In this document: positions 9,184-17,639 of the stretch, one piece after another
Layout of the letters: the number at the start of each line of letters is the position of its first letter
Position numbering within the stretch: the stretch's first letter is position 1
NCBI GenBank assembly: GCA_045653705.1
Contig: JAZOMG010000038.1
Coordinates: forward strand, 44,994-108,993
Direction of reading: 5' to 3'
Source: Eubacteriales bacterium
Lineage (GTDB): Bacteria > Bacillota > Clostridia > Oscillospirales > CAG-272
Length of the DNA stretch: 64,000 nucleotides
The notes under the pieces: generated by a model
Databases searched by the model: none
Told to the model about the DNA's origin: nothing
Seen by the model: the letters and a program-made list of their open reading frames with translations, nothing else
Position numbers and translations under genes: made by a program

Positions 9184-11342
9184 AAAATATCGTTTATATC
9201 GGATTTCAGCACGTCGGCTTTAGGTCCGTACACCGCCTGTATGCCGTTGCCCTTTTTAATAAGGCTCAAAGCCCCCTCTGCCCGCCATTCATCGGCGTCA
9301 GCCACCCTGTCGCCGTCCTTTACGGTAATACGAAGTCTTGTCATACAGGAGTCCACAAGCACGATATTTTCTCTGCCGCCGAGAAGCGCGATTATTCTCT
9401 CTGCCTGACCTCCCTCTGCCGCGGCGGGTCTGTCCGACATCTCTTTAGCTCGGAAATCCTCTGAATTTTCGTCCATATAATTTCCAAGCCTGCCGGGGGT
9501 AGCATATTTCAGCTTGCCTATCATAAAATAGGATACGAAATAACCTATGGCAAAAAATACCGCGCAGGCGATAATAAAGTTTATAATATCACCCGTAAGC
9601 CCTGCGCTGACCGACATAGGGATACGTGTGGCAAGCTCTACGTTACCGAAGGAGTGCAGACGCAGGTTGAACAACCCCGCAAGGGCAAAGGCGCAGCCCT
9701 GCAACAGCGCGTACACGATATAAAGAGGAATCGCGCAGAACATAAACATAAACTCAAGAGGCTCTGTAACGCCTGTGAGAAACACCGCAAGCCCCGCGGA
9801 CAGGAAAATAGAGCGGTAGCGGCGGCGTTTTTCCTTATCAACTCGGCGGTACATAGCAAGACCTACGCCAAGTAAAAGTCCCGACGAGCCTATCATCTGT
9901 CCTACCTTGAAGCGGGCGGGAACAACGCTGTTGAGGAGCGCTTCATAGGCTTCGGTGTTACCCGCGTTTTTAAGATTTATAAGGTCGGTTATCCAAGCAA
10001 GCCACAGAGGGTCCTGACCGAATACTGACGTACCCGCGCTCGCTCCCGTCTGTATAATATAAGTTCCGCCAAAAGAGGTATAGTTCATAGGAATGGTTAT
10101 CATATGGTGAAGTCCAAAGGGAAGCAGCAAACGCTCCACGGTTCCGTAAATAAAGGGGGCGAGAACAGGCGACGTATCTGCCGAGTTTGCTATCCACACG
10201 CCAAAGGCATTTATTCCGCTCTGTACCACAGGCCATACTACGGCGAGAACGAGAGACACTATGACCGAGCCGAGAATTACCACAAGGGGAACAAAGCGCT
10301 TTCCGTTGAAAAAGGACAGAGCGTCGGGAAGCTTTCTGAAATTGTAGAACTTATTGTAGAGTATGCCCCCGAGGAAGCCCGCGATTATACCCACGAATAC
10401 ACCCATATTGAGGGCGGGCGAGCCGAGTATAGAGGTAAAGTAACCGTCCACGGGTATCTGCTGTCCGAACAGGGTGGTGACCACCGCCTCGGGGTCGGAA
10501 AGCATATCATTGGTAACTCCGAATACAGCTCCCGTAATATTGTTTATGAGAATAAAGGCTATCGCCGCCGAGAAAGCGCCCCCTGCCCTTTCTTTTGCCC
10601 ACGAGCCGCCTATGGCTATGGCGAAAAGCAGGCTAAGATTTCCGATTATCGCCCAGCCTATGCTCTCTGTCACAGAAGCTACCGTGTTGATAAAGGCGGC
10701 ATCCCCCGCCATACCTATAAGCTTTCCAAGGCTTATCATAAGTCCCGCCGCGGGCATAACGGCAATTACCACCATCAATACCTTACCGAGTCTTTGCAAA
10801 AAGTCAAAGCTTTTATCTCGGAAGCTTTCCGAGGTCTTTTCTTTCTTTGAAACAGCCTTTGGGGGCTTTTCTTCCTTTTCTATGACCTCAAAAAGCATAT
10901 CCGAGGAAGCCTTAACGCTATCTCCTGACAGGGATATCTCAGCCTTTTCGGGCAGATTGCAAATGAGCACGGGGGTTATGGTTGAAAGCCCCTCTTTCCG
11001 TATAAGCTCCAGATCCGCCTCGGCTATAAGATCCCCCGCCTTTACCCTGTCGCCAACCTTAACGCGCACGTCAAAGCCCCTGCCGCCAAGACTTACCGTC
11101 TCAAGCCCGAAATGTATGAGAAGCTCTCTGCCGTCCACGGCTTCAATTCCGTAGGCGTGCTTTGCCTCGGCTATCGAGGTTATTTTTCCGTCAACGGGGC
11201 TGTATATTTTTCCGTCGTCGGGAAGTATGGCGCAGCCGTCACCCAGAAGCTTCTCCGAAAATACCTTATCGGGTACGCTGTCAAGGGACATTATTTTTCC
11301 GCTTATGGGAGACATAAGCTTTTTTCTGTTTTTTTCTTCCAC
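9180..11342 (-). CDS. PTS glucose/maltose-family transporter, fused EIIA-EIIC-EIIB
   Basis: N-terminal EIIA-Glc block (KHAYGIEAVDGRELLIHFGLETVSLGG), a central polytopic EIIC, and a C-terminal EIIB (LVDSCMTRLRITVKD). Confidence 0.85.
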   Translation of the reverse strand: MEEKNRKKLMSPISGKIMSLDSVPDKVFSEKLLGDGCAILPDDGKIYSPVDGKITSIAEAKHAYGIEAVDGRELLIHFGLETVSLGGRGFDVRVKVGDRVKAGDLIAEADLELIRKEGLSTITPVLICNLPEKAEISLSGDSVKASSDMLFEVIEKEEKPPKAVSKKEKTSESFRDKSFDFLQRLGKVLMVVIAVMPAAGLMISLGKLIGMAGDAAFINTVASVTESIGWAIIGNLSLLFAIAIGGSWAKERAGGAFSAAIAFILINNITGAVFGVTNDMLSDPEAVVTTLFGQQIPVDGYFTSILGSPALNMGVFVGIIAGFLGGILYNKFYNFRKLPDALSFFNGKRFVPLVVILGSVIVSLVLAVVWPVVQSGINAFGVWIANSADTSPVLAPFIYGTVERLLLPFGLHHMITIPMNYTSFGGTYIIQTGASAGTSVFGQDPLWLAWITDLINLKNAGNTEAYEALLNSVVPARFKVGQMIGSSGLLLGVGLAMYRRVDKEKRRRYRSIFLSAGLAVFLTGVTEPLEFMFMFCAIPLYIVYALLQGCAFALAGLFNLRLHSFGNVELATRIPMSVSAGLTGDIINFIIACAVFFAIGYFVSYFMIGKLKYATPGRLGNYMDENSEDFRAKEMSDRPAAAEGGQAERIIALLGGRENIVLVDSCMTRLRITVKDGDRVADADEWRAEGALSLIKKGNGIQAVYGPKADVLKSDINDIL

Positions 11343-11505
11343 ATTTTTTCTCCTTTGCTTTTTCTGTTCTTATAGTATGCTCATAAAATTAACGGCAAAT
11401 TACCAAAAAATGAAAAAAATTCACAAAATATTTTTTTCGAATTTGTTGACACAAAAAATTTTTTTTGATATTCTATTAACAGATACATATATAGGAGGTT
11501 TACGT

Positions 11506-13761
11506 ATGAAAAACAAAACAGTAAAGAAAATCGTTTCGCTGATCCTTTTGACAGCAATGCTTGCTACCGTTCTCACCGTATTTTCGGGTTGCGGCTCGGT
11601 CAAGGATATGATAAAGGAAGTCATTGGCACAAATGTCGTAGGTACGGAAGCCGCCAAAATACTCCTCGCCCGCGAAAGGCTCGACGAGAATACCGTAGGG
11701 CAAAAAATGGCAGTGTTTTCAACCGACAGAACGCCTGCGAAAAGCGGTGGAAACTCGGGAGGATTTTTCAGCTCCTTTATTCCGTGGGCTAAAATAGGCT
11801 CGGTATACTCGGGCAGAATGCCTGTTCTCCTGTCAAAGATAGCCACAGGGGCAGATGTATCCGACAGCGAGGTAGTATGGAGCAACTTTAAACAGTATTC
11901 CGACCTCAGAGACAACTACACGCAGTTTATCGACCCCATAGACGAGATGGCGGCGCAAACCGCAGAACAGATAGTTGAGATAAAGGAAAACGTGGGTATC
12001 ACCGATAAATGGATAGATATGGGAAATACCCGATATATGCTTATAGTTGACGACAATTCGGAGACTATACTCGAATATTATGAGCCCTTTGAGTCTATAT
12101 CGGTTTCTACAAGATATACCACCGAGGACGCAAAAAACATCTACGAGATGTATTCCTTTATGAACTACGATGACGGCACAACGGGAGATATCAGAAACAT
12201 ATGTATCCCCGGCGAATACTACGAATACGCCTACCGCAACTCGGGCGGATTTAACGATTACTTCATAGCCGATAACAGCCGCGGCTATTGGATAATGAAC
12301 CGTTTTCAAATAGATGATCACAGCGTATTCTTTGATATGTCCGCCGTTAAGGGAGATATCGGATACGGCGCCGCAATAAACGCAACCGAAGAAAACGGCA
12401 GGCTTGTAACCGACGGTATCTCCGCCCATGTAAATATGTTCCTGCCCAATGCGGACAGCGACCTTTTCGAGATATCCAGCTGGGATAACAGCTACAATAT
12501 AACACTGTTTATGAGCAACGTGGAAAGCGGTATCGCTTCCCTGTCCACAAGCAGAAGCACTGTATCCGAGGAGGATTACAACGAGAGCGGCTTCGTATAT
12601 CTCTACGGTAACGGAAGCCCCATGACCGACACCGTAGATATCCATCTGTCCAACGGAAACACAATAAAGTCAGGTGACGGAAACGGCAGAGTGACCTACG
12701 ATAACGCAAGGGTGACATACAGCCCCGGATATAACGGAGACACCTATGTGGGCAGACTTACCTTTAACGTTGAAGCCGAGAACGAAAACGATGCTATGAA
12801 CATCTTTTATTCCTATCTCGATGAGAACGGCATAAAGCTCCGCGTAAAGGGAGAAACGGTAAACGAAGCCTACAACCACTGCGAGCTTCTCTGCGAGAAC
12901 TTTGACATTATGGAGTGGAACGGTCTGCGTATGAACTCCTTAAGCAATCTCCACGCAGGCGAGCAACGCCTTATTGAGGATTACGCGAAATACCGCGGAG
13001 TTTACGAAGATGTGAAGAACAACGAAACCATCAGCGGTATCTACACCGTGGCAAGGTCTACCGAATTCGGAAAAATGGAGCTTGTCGCCGAGGGAACTTC
13101 TACCTACGCGGACGGGGTAATAAGCATAGACGGTCTTACGGCAAAAACGAAGGACAACGTTCTTCTTGAAGACGGTAGGGAATATACTCTTAAGGTGGGG
13201 CTTGCCCTCCGCGATGCCGACGGCAACATAAGCAGTGTTAACACCGTATCTCTTCAGAGTGACAACGAAAAGGTAGTCTCTTATAGCGGTGACGGTATTG
13301 AGATGTCTCAGACCGCCCACTACACAGTACCCACAGCTCTTTCCGAGGGCGAGTACATAGTGGTCGTCTATTTCGCTACCGCCGACAGCGGCATACGCGT
13401 GACCGAGATGTTCCCTGTTGCATTCTTCTCGGCAGAGGAAGGAACGCTCGAATCGTCAGCTATGGACGTGACGGTAAAGAAGTCGGGGGCAAATCTGTTC
13501 ATCGACTACGAAATAAAGCTTTTCGACAAGGTGGAGGCTGAGCTTGTAAAGGAAAGCTACACCTATGATGAAATAGAGAGTATATTGCTTCGCGGCGTAC
13601 TTGCGAAAGGATATCCCTCTGCGGGCGCGATGGTAGAGAATGAGGCGGGCGAGGCACTTTCCGAGAACGGAAGCTACGGCTCGGGAACCTACCGTATCAA
13701 ATACCTTGTAAACACGTCTGACGGTTTGGCGGAAGCATATATGTGCTGTACCCTTGAATAA
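11506..13761 (+). CDS. large lipoprotein, unknown function (751 aa)
   Basis: AGGAGG at 11494-11499, then ATG at 11506. Signal peptide with lipobox LTVFSGC. The track ORF (11227) carries an implausible N-terminal extension. No domain recognised. Confidence 0.6.
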   Translation: MKNKTVKKIVSLILLTAMLATVLTVFSGCGSVKDMIKEVIGTNVVGTEAAKILLARERLDENTVGQKMAVFSTDRTPAKSGGNSGGFFSSFIPWAKIGSVYSGRMPVLLSKIATGADVSDSEVVWSNFKQYSDLRDNYTQFIDPIDEMAAQTAEQIVEIKENVGITDKWIDMGNTRYMLIVDDNSETILEYYEPFESISVSTRYTTEDAKNIYEMYSFMNYDDGTTGDIRNICIPGEYYEYAYRNSGGFNDYFIADNSRGYWIMNRFQIDDHSVFFDMSAVKGDIGYGAAINATEENGRLVTDGISAHVNMFLPNADSDLFEISSWDNSYNITLFMSNVESGIASLSTSRSTVSEEDYNESGFVYLYGNGSPMTDTVDIHLSNGNTIKSGDGNGRVTYDNARVTYSPGYNGDTYVGRLTFNVEAENENDAMNIFYSYLDENGIKLRVKGETVNEAYNHCELLCENFDIMEWNGLRMNSLSNLHAGEQRLIEDYAKYRGVYEDVKNNETISGIYTVARSTEFGKMELVAEGTSTYADGVISIDGLTAKTKDNVLLEDGREYTLKVGLALRDADGNISSVNTVSLQSDNEKVVSYSGDGIEMSQTAHYTVPTALSEGEYIVVVYFATADSGIRVTEMFPVAFFSAEEGTLESSAMDVTVKKSGANLFIDYEIKLFDKVEAELVKESYTYDEIESILLRGVLAKGYPSAGAMVENEAGEALSENGSYGSGTYRIKYLVNTSDGLAEAYMCCTLE

Positions 13762-13777
13762 ATCAAATAACAAATCG

Positions 13778-13816
13778 GCTGTTGCAAACAGAAAAGCTGT
13801 TTGCAACAGCTTTTAT
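13778..13816 (+). terminator. intrinsic terminator
   Basis: GCTGTTGCAAACAG-aaaa-CTGTTTGCAACAGC followed by TTTTATTTT. Confidence 0.8.
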
Positions 13817-13872
13817 TTTATGAAAGGGGCTGTCATAATTATTCCTTTAGGGATTTTATTAGGTCAAACACC

Positions 13873-13901
13873 TTGTATTTTCGCCAGAAATATGTTATAC
13901 T
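13873..13901 (+). promoter_or_regulatory. sigma-A-type promoter
   Basis: TTGTAT, 17-nt spacer, TATACT, about 30 nt upstream of the dehydrogenase start. Confidence 0.5.
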
Positions 13902-13930
13902 TTAAGCAACCAACAGAGGAGGTTTGATTT

Positions 13931-14878
13931 ATGAAAATAGTAATACTTGATTCTGCCACACTTGGCGATGATATAGACCTTTCCCCCATATACGCCGCGG
14001 GAGAGGTTACAGAACGGCGCGCCACCCCTGCCGATGAGGTTGAGAGCGCTATCAAAGATGCCGAGATCATCGTAGTCAACAAAATAAAGCTTGACAGGAA
14101 CAATCTTGCAAGGGCTCGCTCGCTGCGGCTCATATGCGTTTCGGCTACGGGCTACGACAACATTGATACCGAATACTGCAAGGAGCGCGGTATAGCCCTT
14201 TGCAACGTGCCCGCATATTCCACCGACAGCGTAGCGGAGGTAACCGCCGCTATGGCGTTATCACTCGTCTGCCGCCTGTCCGAATACACCGCCTTTGTAA
14301 ATTCGGGAGAATACACCGCCTCGGGAGTGGCTAACCGTTTAGTTCCGCCTTACCGAGAAATCTCAGCCCTTACTTGGGGTATTGTAGGCGGCGGAGCTAT
14401 CGGCTCACGGGTAGCAGAGATTGCAGTAGCTCTTGGATGTCGGGTACTTATGTGCCGTCAAAAAAAGGACGAGCGGTATGAAAACGTCGATATAGACACC
14501 CTTTGCCGATGCTCGGATATCATCTCTCTCCACGTGCCCCTTACCGACAGCACACGGGGGCTTATAAGCCGAGAGCGAATTGATCAAATGAAGGACGGAG
14601 CGATACTCATTAACGTGGCGCGTGGGGCTGTGACCGACGAGGCCGCCCTTGCGGACGGAATAATGAGCGGAAAGCTTGGGGGATTGGGGGTGGACGTATA
14701 CTCCGCAGAGCCCTTTGGCGAGGGGCATCCCTACTCCCGACTGATGGGCAAATCTAACGTAATTCTTACTCCCCATATGGCTTGGGGAGCATCCGAAGCG
14801 AGAGCCAGATGCGTCTCTATCATAGCAAAAAACATTGCCGAGTTCAAAAAAGGCGGTCTGCTCAACAGAATTGTTTAA
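13931..14878 (+). CDS. D-isomer-specific 2-hydroxyacid dehydrogenase (glycerate/hydroxypyruvate reductase-like)
   Basis: 315 aa with the NAD-binding GIVGGGAIGSRVA motif, then ...LTPHMAW. Typical length and layout. Confidence 0.8.
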   Translation: MKIVILDSATLGDDIDLSPIYAAGEVTERRATPADEVESAIKDAEIIVVNKIKLDRNNLARARSLRLICVSATGYDNIDTEYCKERGIALCNVPAYSTDSVAEVTAAMALSLVCRLSEYTAFVNSGEYTASGVANRLVPPYREISALTWGIVGGGAIGSRVAEIAVALGCRVLMCRQKKDERYENVDIDTLCRCSDIISLHVPLTDSTRGLISRERIDQMKDGAILINVARGAVTDEAALADGIMSGKLGGLGVDVYSAEPFGEGHPYSRLMGKSNVILTPHMAWGASEARARCVSIIAKNIAEFKKGGLLNRIV

Positions 14879-14894
14879 AATATATGTTTTTCCC

Positions 14895-14924
14895 TTGACA
14901 AAGACTGCCACCATATGGTATAAT
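14895..14924 (+). promoter_or_regulatory. sigma-A-type promoter of the Wzz/BY-kinase/phosphatase operon
   Basis: TTGACA, 18-nt spacer, TGG-TATAAT (extended -10). Confidence 0.55.
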
Positions 14925-14990
14925 TATTTGTGGTATTTTGTCAACCTGTAAAGTACCAAGTATACAAAGCAAAAAAAGAAAGGTTTAATT

Positions 14991-15986
14991 ATGGAACACG
15001 ATATCAGCTTGGGTTTTCTTTTTAAGACCCTCAAAAGATGCTGGCTCATTATGGTGATAGTCGCACTTGTTGCGGCAATTATTGTGGGCGTAGCTGTCAG
15101 CCTGTTTATTCCCAAAAAGTATTCTTCCTCGGTAGAATTTTACGTAGTCAACACCAACACGTCCTATGACTACACCACTTCTTCCCTGTTAGCGGCTTCC
15201 GAGTACCTTATTAACGACTACGTTAAGATAATCAAGAGTGATGCTATTCTTGAGTTGGTTGCAAATGGAAATACAGCTCTTGAAAAGATAAACGAAGGTA
15301 AGGAAAAGAAAGATTGGGTAACTCTTGAAAACGTTGACAAAGAACTCCTTCGGAATACGGTAAAAAATCTTCCCAAGGAAGAAAAAGTTGAAATTGCTCC
15401 GCTTCGCGCTATGATTTCCTCTTCCTCTGAGGAAAGTACATCTCTCTTTACCATTAAGGTAACACATACCGACCCGAAATACGCATACGAGGTAGCGACT
15501 GTTATCAAAGATATTGCACCCAGATACGTAACCGATATTGCTAAGCCCGACAGACTTACCAACGAATATCTAGTAAACGTGGCATGGCAGACTATGATAG
15601 CCCTTGAAAAAGCTCACCTCAAGGAGCAAGCAGAAAACAACTCCATCGAAATAAACGATACCACCGCTAAAAACTCTATTCTCAAAAGATACGGCGATGA
15701 TGCGGAAAAGGCTGTTGAAAGCTTCTTGACCGAAGCGGGTCTTGACGGAAGTCTCGATTGCTTTACCACGGTCAACTCTCCTGCACTGGATGACGCTCAC
15801 GATTCCCCCAACGCGCTGAAGTACGCTGCTGTTGCGGCTGTTGGCGCTGCGGCTATCGTATATCCCGTATTTCTCATTAAAGGCATTTTTGAAACGAACG
15901 TCTCCTCTGAAGATGACGTAAAAAAGCTGGTAAAACGCCCTTTAGTCGGAACTATTCCCCATTGGGAAAATTCCGTGAAAAAGTGA
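14991..15986 (+). CDS. Wzz/CpsC-type polysaccharide chain-length determinant (BY-kinase transmembrane modulator)
   Basis: An N-terminal TM segment followed by KKYSSSVEFYV (Wzz motif), a long extracellular region and a C-terminal TM segment. Confidence 0.75.
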   Translation: MEHDISLGFLFKTLKRCWLIMVIVALVAAIIVGVAVSLFIPKKYSSSVEFYVVNTNTSYDYTTSSLLAASEYLINDYVKIIKSDAILELVANGNTALEKINEGKEKKDWVTLENVDKELLRNTVKNLPKEEKVEIAPLRAMISSSSEESTSLFTIKVTHTDPKYAYEVATVIKDIAPRYVTDIAKPDRLTNEYLVNVAWQTMIALEKAHLKEQAENNSIEINDTTAKNSILKRYGDDAEKAVESFLTEAGLDGSLDCFTTVNSPALDDAHDSPNALKYAAVAAVGAAAIVYPVFLIKGIFETNVSSEDDVKKLVKRPLVGTIPHWENSVKK

Positions 15987-16001
15987 GAAAGGGGTGATAT
16001 C

Positions 16002-16784
16002 ATGAAGAAAAACAACAATATCATTAAGGATTCCCTTAATCCGAGAATTTTAGACCCCCAAGCCCCCTTCGCAATAAGAGAAGCATTCAATCTTCTGAGA
16101 ACCAACCTTATGTACACCATAGCCGATAATGACAGCGGCGCTCCCATTTTCGCGGTAACCTCGCCTAACGAGGGCGCGGGAAAGAGCACGGTCATCACAA
16201 ATCTGGCTATATCCTTTGCTCAGCTTGACCAAAAGGTTCTGCTTATAGATGCCGACCTTCGTTGCCCCGTGCTTCACGATTACTTCGGCTTTGACAACAA
16301 GCATCAGGGTCTTAGCGAGCTTATCTCGGGAATTTCAAAGGACGTTATAGTCAAGGGCATTCGCCCCAATCTCGACCTTATCACAAGCGGTAGAATACCG
16401 CCCAACCCCTCGGAGCTTATTACAAACCCTCGCTTTGCAAGCTGTCTTGATAAGTGGAAAAAGGAATACGATATTATTTTCGTAGACTTCCCGCCTATCG
16501 GCATAGTTTCTGACTCGGTTGCCAACTGCAAGAGCATTTCGGGATATATATTCACCGTTCGCTCGGGCAGAAGCACCGCAAAGAGCGTAAACTCCGCCAT
16601 AGAGACAATGGAAAAGCTTGGAGCTAAGATAGTGGGCGTAGTACTCAATGACTACAATATCAAGGGCTCGGGCTATTACAAGCGCCGCAACGCTCGCCAC
16701 AAATACTATTCAAAATCGAGCTCCAAATACGAACAGAGCGCCCAACAGAATTCTGCGGAGAAAGCGAATAGCTCCGATAAATGA
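16002..16784 (+). CDS. CpsD/CapB-type protein tyrosine kinase (BY-kinase)
   Basis: Walker A SPNEGAGKST, Walker A' LLIDADLR and Walker B IIFVDFPP. The Y-containing C-terminal tail reads GSGYYKRRNARHKYYSKSSSKY. Confidence 0.85.
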   Translation: MKKNNNIIKDSLNPRILDPQAPFAIREAFNLLRTNLMYTIADNDSGAPIFAVTSPNEGAGKSTVITNLAISFAQLDQKVLLIDADLRCPVLHDYFGFDNKHQGLSELISGISKDVIVKGIRPNLDLITSGRIPPNPSELITNPRFASCLDKWKKEYDIIFVDFPPIGIVSDSVANCKSISGYIFTVRSGRSTAKSVNSAIETMEKLGAKIVGVVLNDYNIKGSGYYKRRNARHKYYSKSSSKYEQSAQQNSAEKANSSDK

Positions 16785-17479
16785 GAGAAAAGCAGAAAAT
16801 AATTGATTTTCATGCTCATATTCTCCCCTGCGCAGACCATGGCTCCGACGGACTTCAAACATCTATGGAGCAGATAGCGCTTATAAATAATGCAGGGGTC
16901 AGCGCCGTTGTCGCGACCCCTCATTTTTATCCTCATTTTCATACGGTAGAGCAATTTTCAAGTACGGTAAGCGCCGCCGCAGAGGAGCTTGCCGCGTCCG
17001 TTACAGACCGCCCTCTTATTGGTCTTGGAGCAGAGGTGCTTTACTGTGAGGGAATAGAGAATATGGACGGACTTTCAAGGCTCTGCATAAGAGGAACCGA
17101 CCTTTTGATATTGGAGCTTCCCCTTGCCGACTGGGATAAGAATATTATATATTCGGTAAAACGTCTTACCGACAGCTGTACTGTGGTGCTTGCGCATATT
17201 GACCGTTATATGGAGACCTGTCCCGATATAATAGACGCCCTTATGTCCTTAGGAGCGTTGGCGCAAATAAACGCATCGTCTCTCTTTTACGCGCCCGTAA
17301 GAAAAAAGCTTGCGCCGTATATAGCAAACGGACAGATATTTGCCCTCGGCAGTGATCTGCATATGGCAGACAGAAAAGCCTACGCTCAGTTTGAAAAGGC
17401 AAAAAAGAAGCTGGGCGCAGAGTTTGATAATATAATGTCTCGCTCGCAAAATCTGCTTGATGGCGCGGAGTGGTTGTAA
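16781..17479 (+). CDS. CpsB/CapC-type PHP-domain protein-tyrosine phosphatase
   Basis: IDFHAHILP..DHG and ATPHF motifs. ATGA overlap with the kinase gene. Confidence 0.8.
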   Translation: MREKQKIIDFHAHILPCADHGSDGLQTSMEQIALINNAGVSAVVATPHFYPHFHTVEQFSSTVSAAAEELAASVTDRPLIGLGAEVLYCEGIENMDGLSRLCIRGTDLLILELPLADWDKNIIYSVKRLTDSCTVVLAHIDRYMETCPDIIDALMSLGALAQINASSLFYAPVRKKLAPYIANGQIFALGSDLHMADRKAYAQFEKAKKKLGAEFDNIMSRSQNLLDGAEWL

Positions 17480-17517
17480 ATAAGTTTTATTCCTAATTAC
17501 TTCACATAATATAAAAA

Positions 17518-17550
17518 CCTCTCGACACTATGTCCGAGAGGTTTTATTTT
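17518..17550. terminator. intrinsic terminator between convergent genes
   Basis: CCTCTCG...CGAGAGG stem followed by TTTTATTTT, with an A-run on the other side. Confidence 0.7.
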
Positions 17551-17639
17551 GTACCGCGGCATTACAGTTTCTTTTCCGGGGCTGTCGCATTTAGCGCAGA
17601 CACAAGACCGGTTATAAACTAACCAAAATGATAAATTAA

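Noticed and set aside
11227-11505. N-terminal 93-aa extension of the large lipoprotein ORF, with similar extensions at 33819-33875 (murD), 36392-36418 (nifS), 44230-44292, 40958-40978, 45215-45295 and 3855-3893.
   Set aside because: Each extension lacks an RBS, crosses promoter-like AT-rich DNA or the preceding gene, and precedes an internal start with a strong Shine-Dalgarno and a sensible N-terminus (signal peptide or conserved family start).
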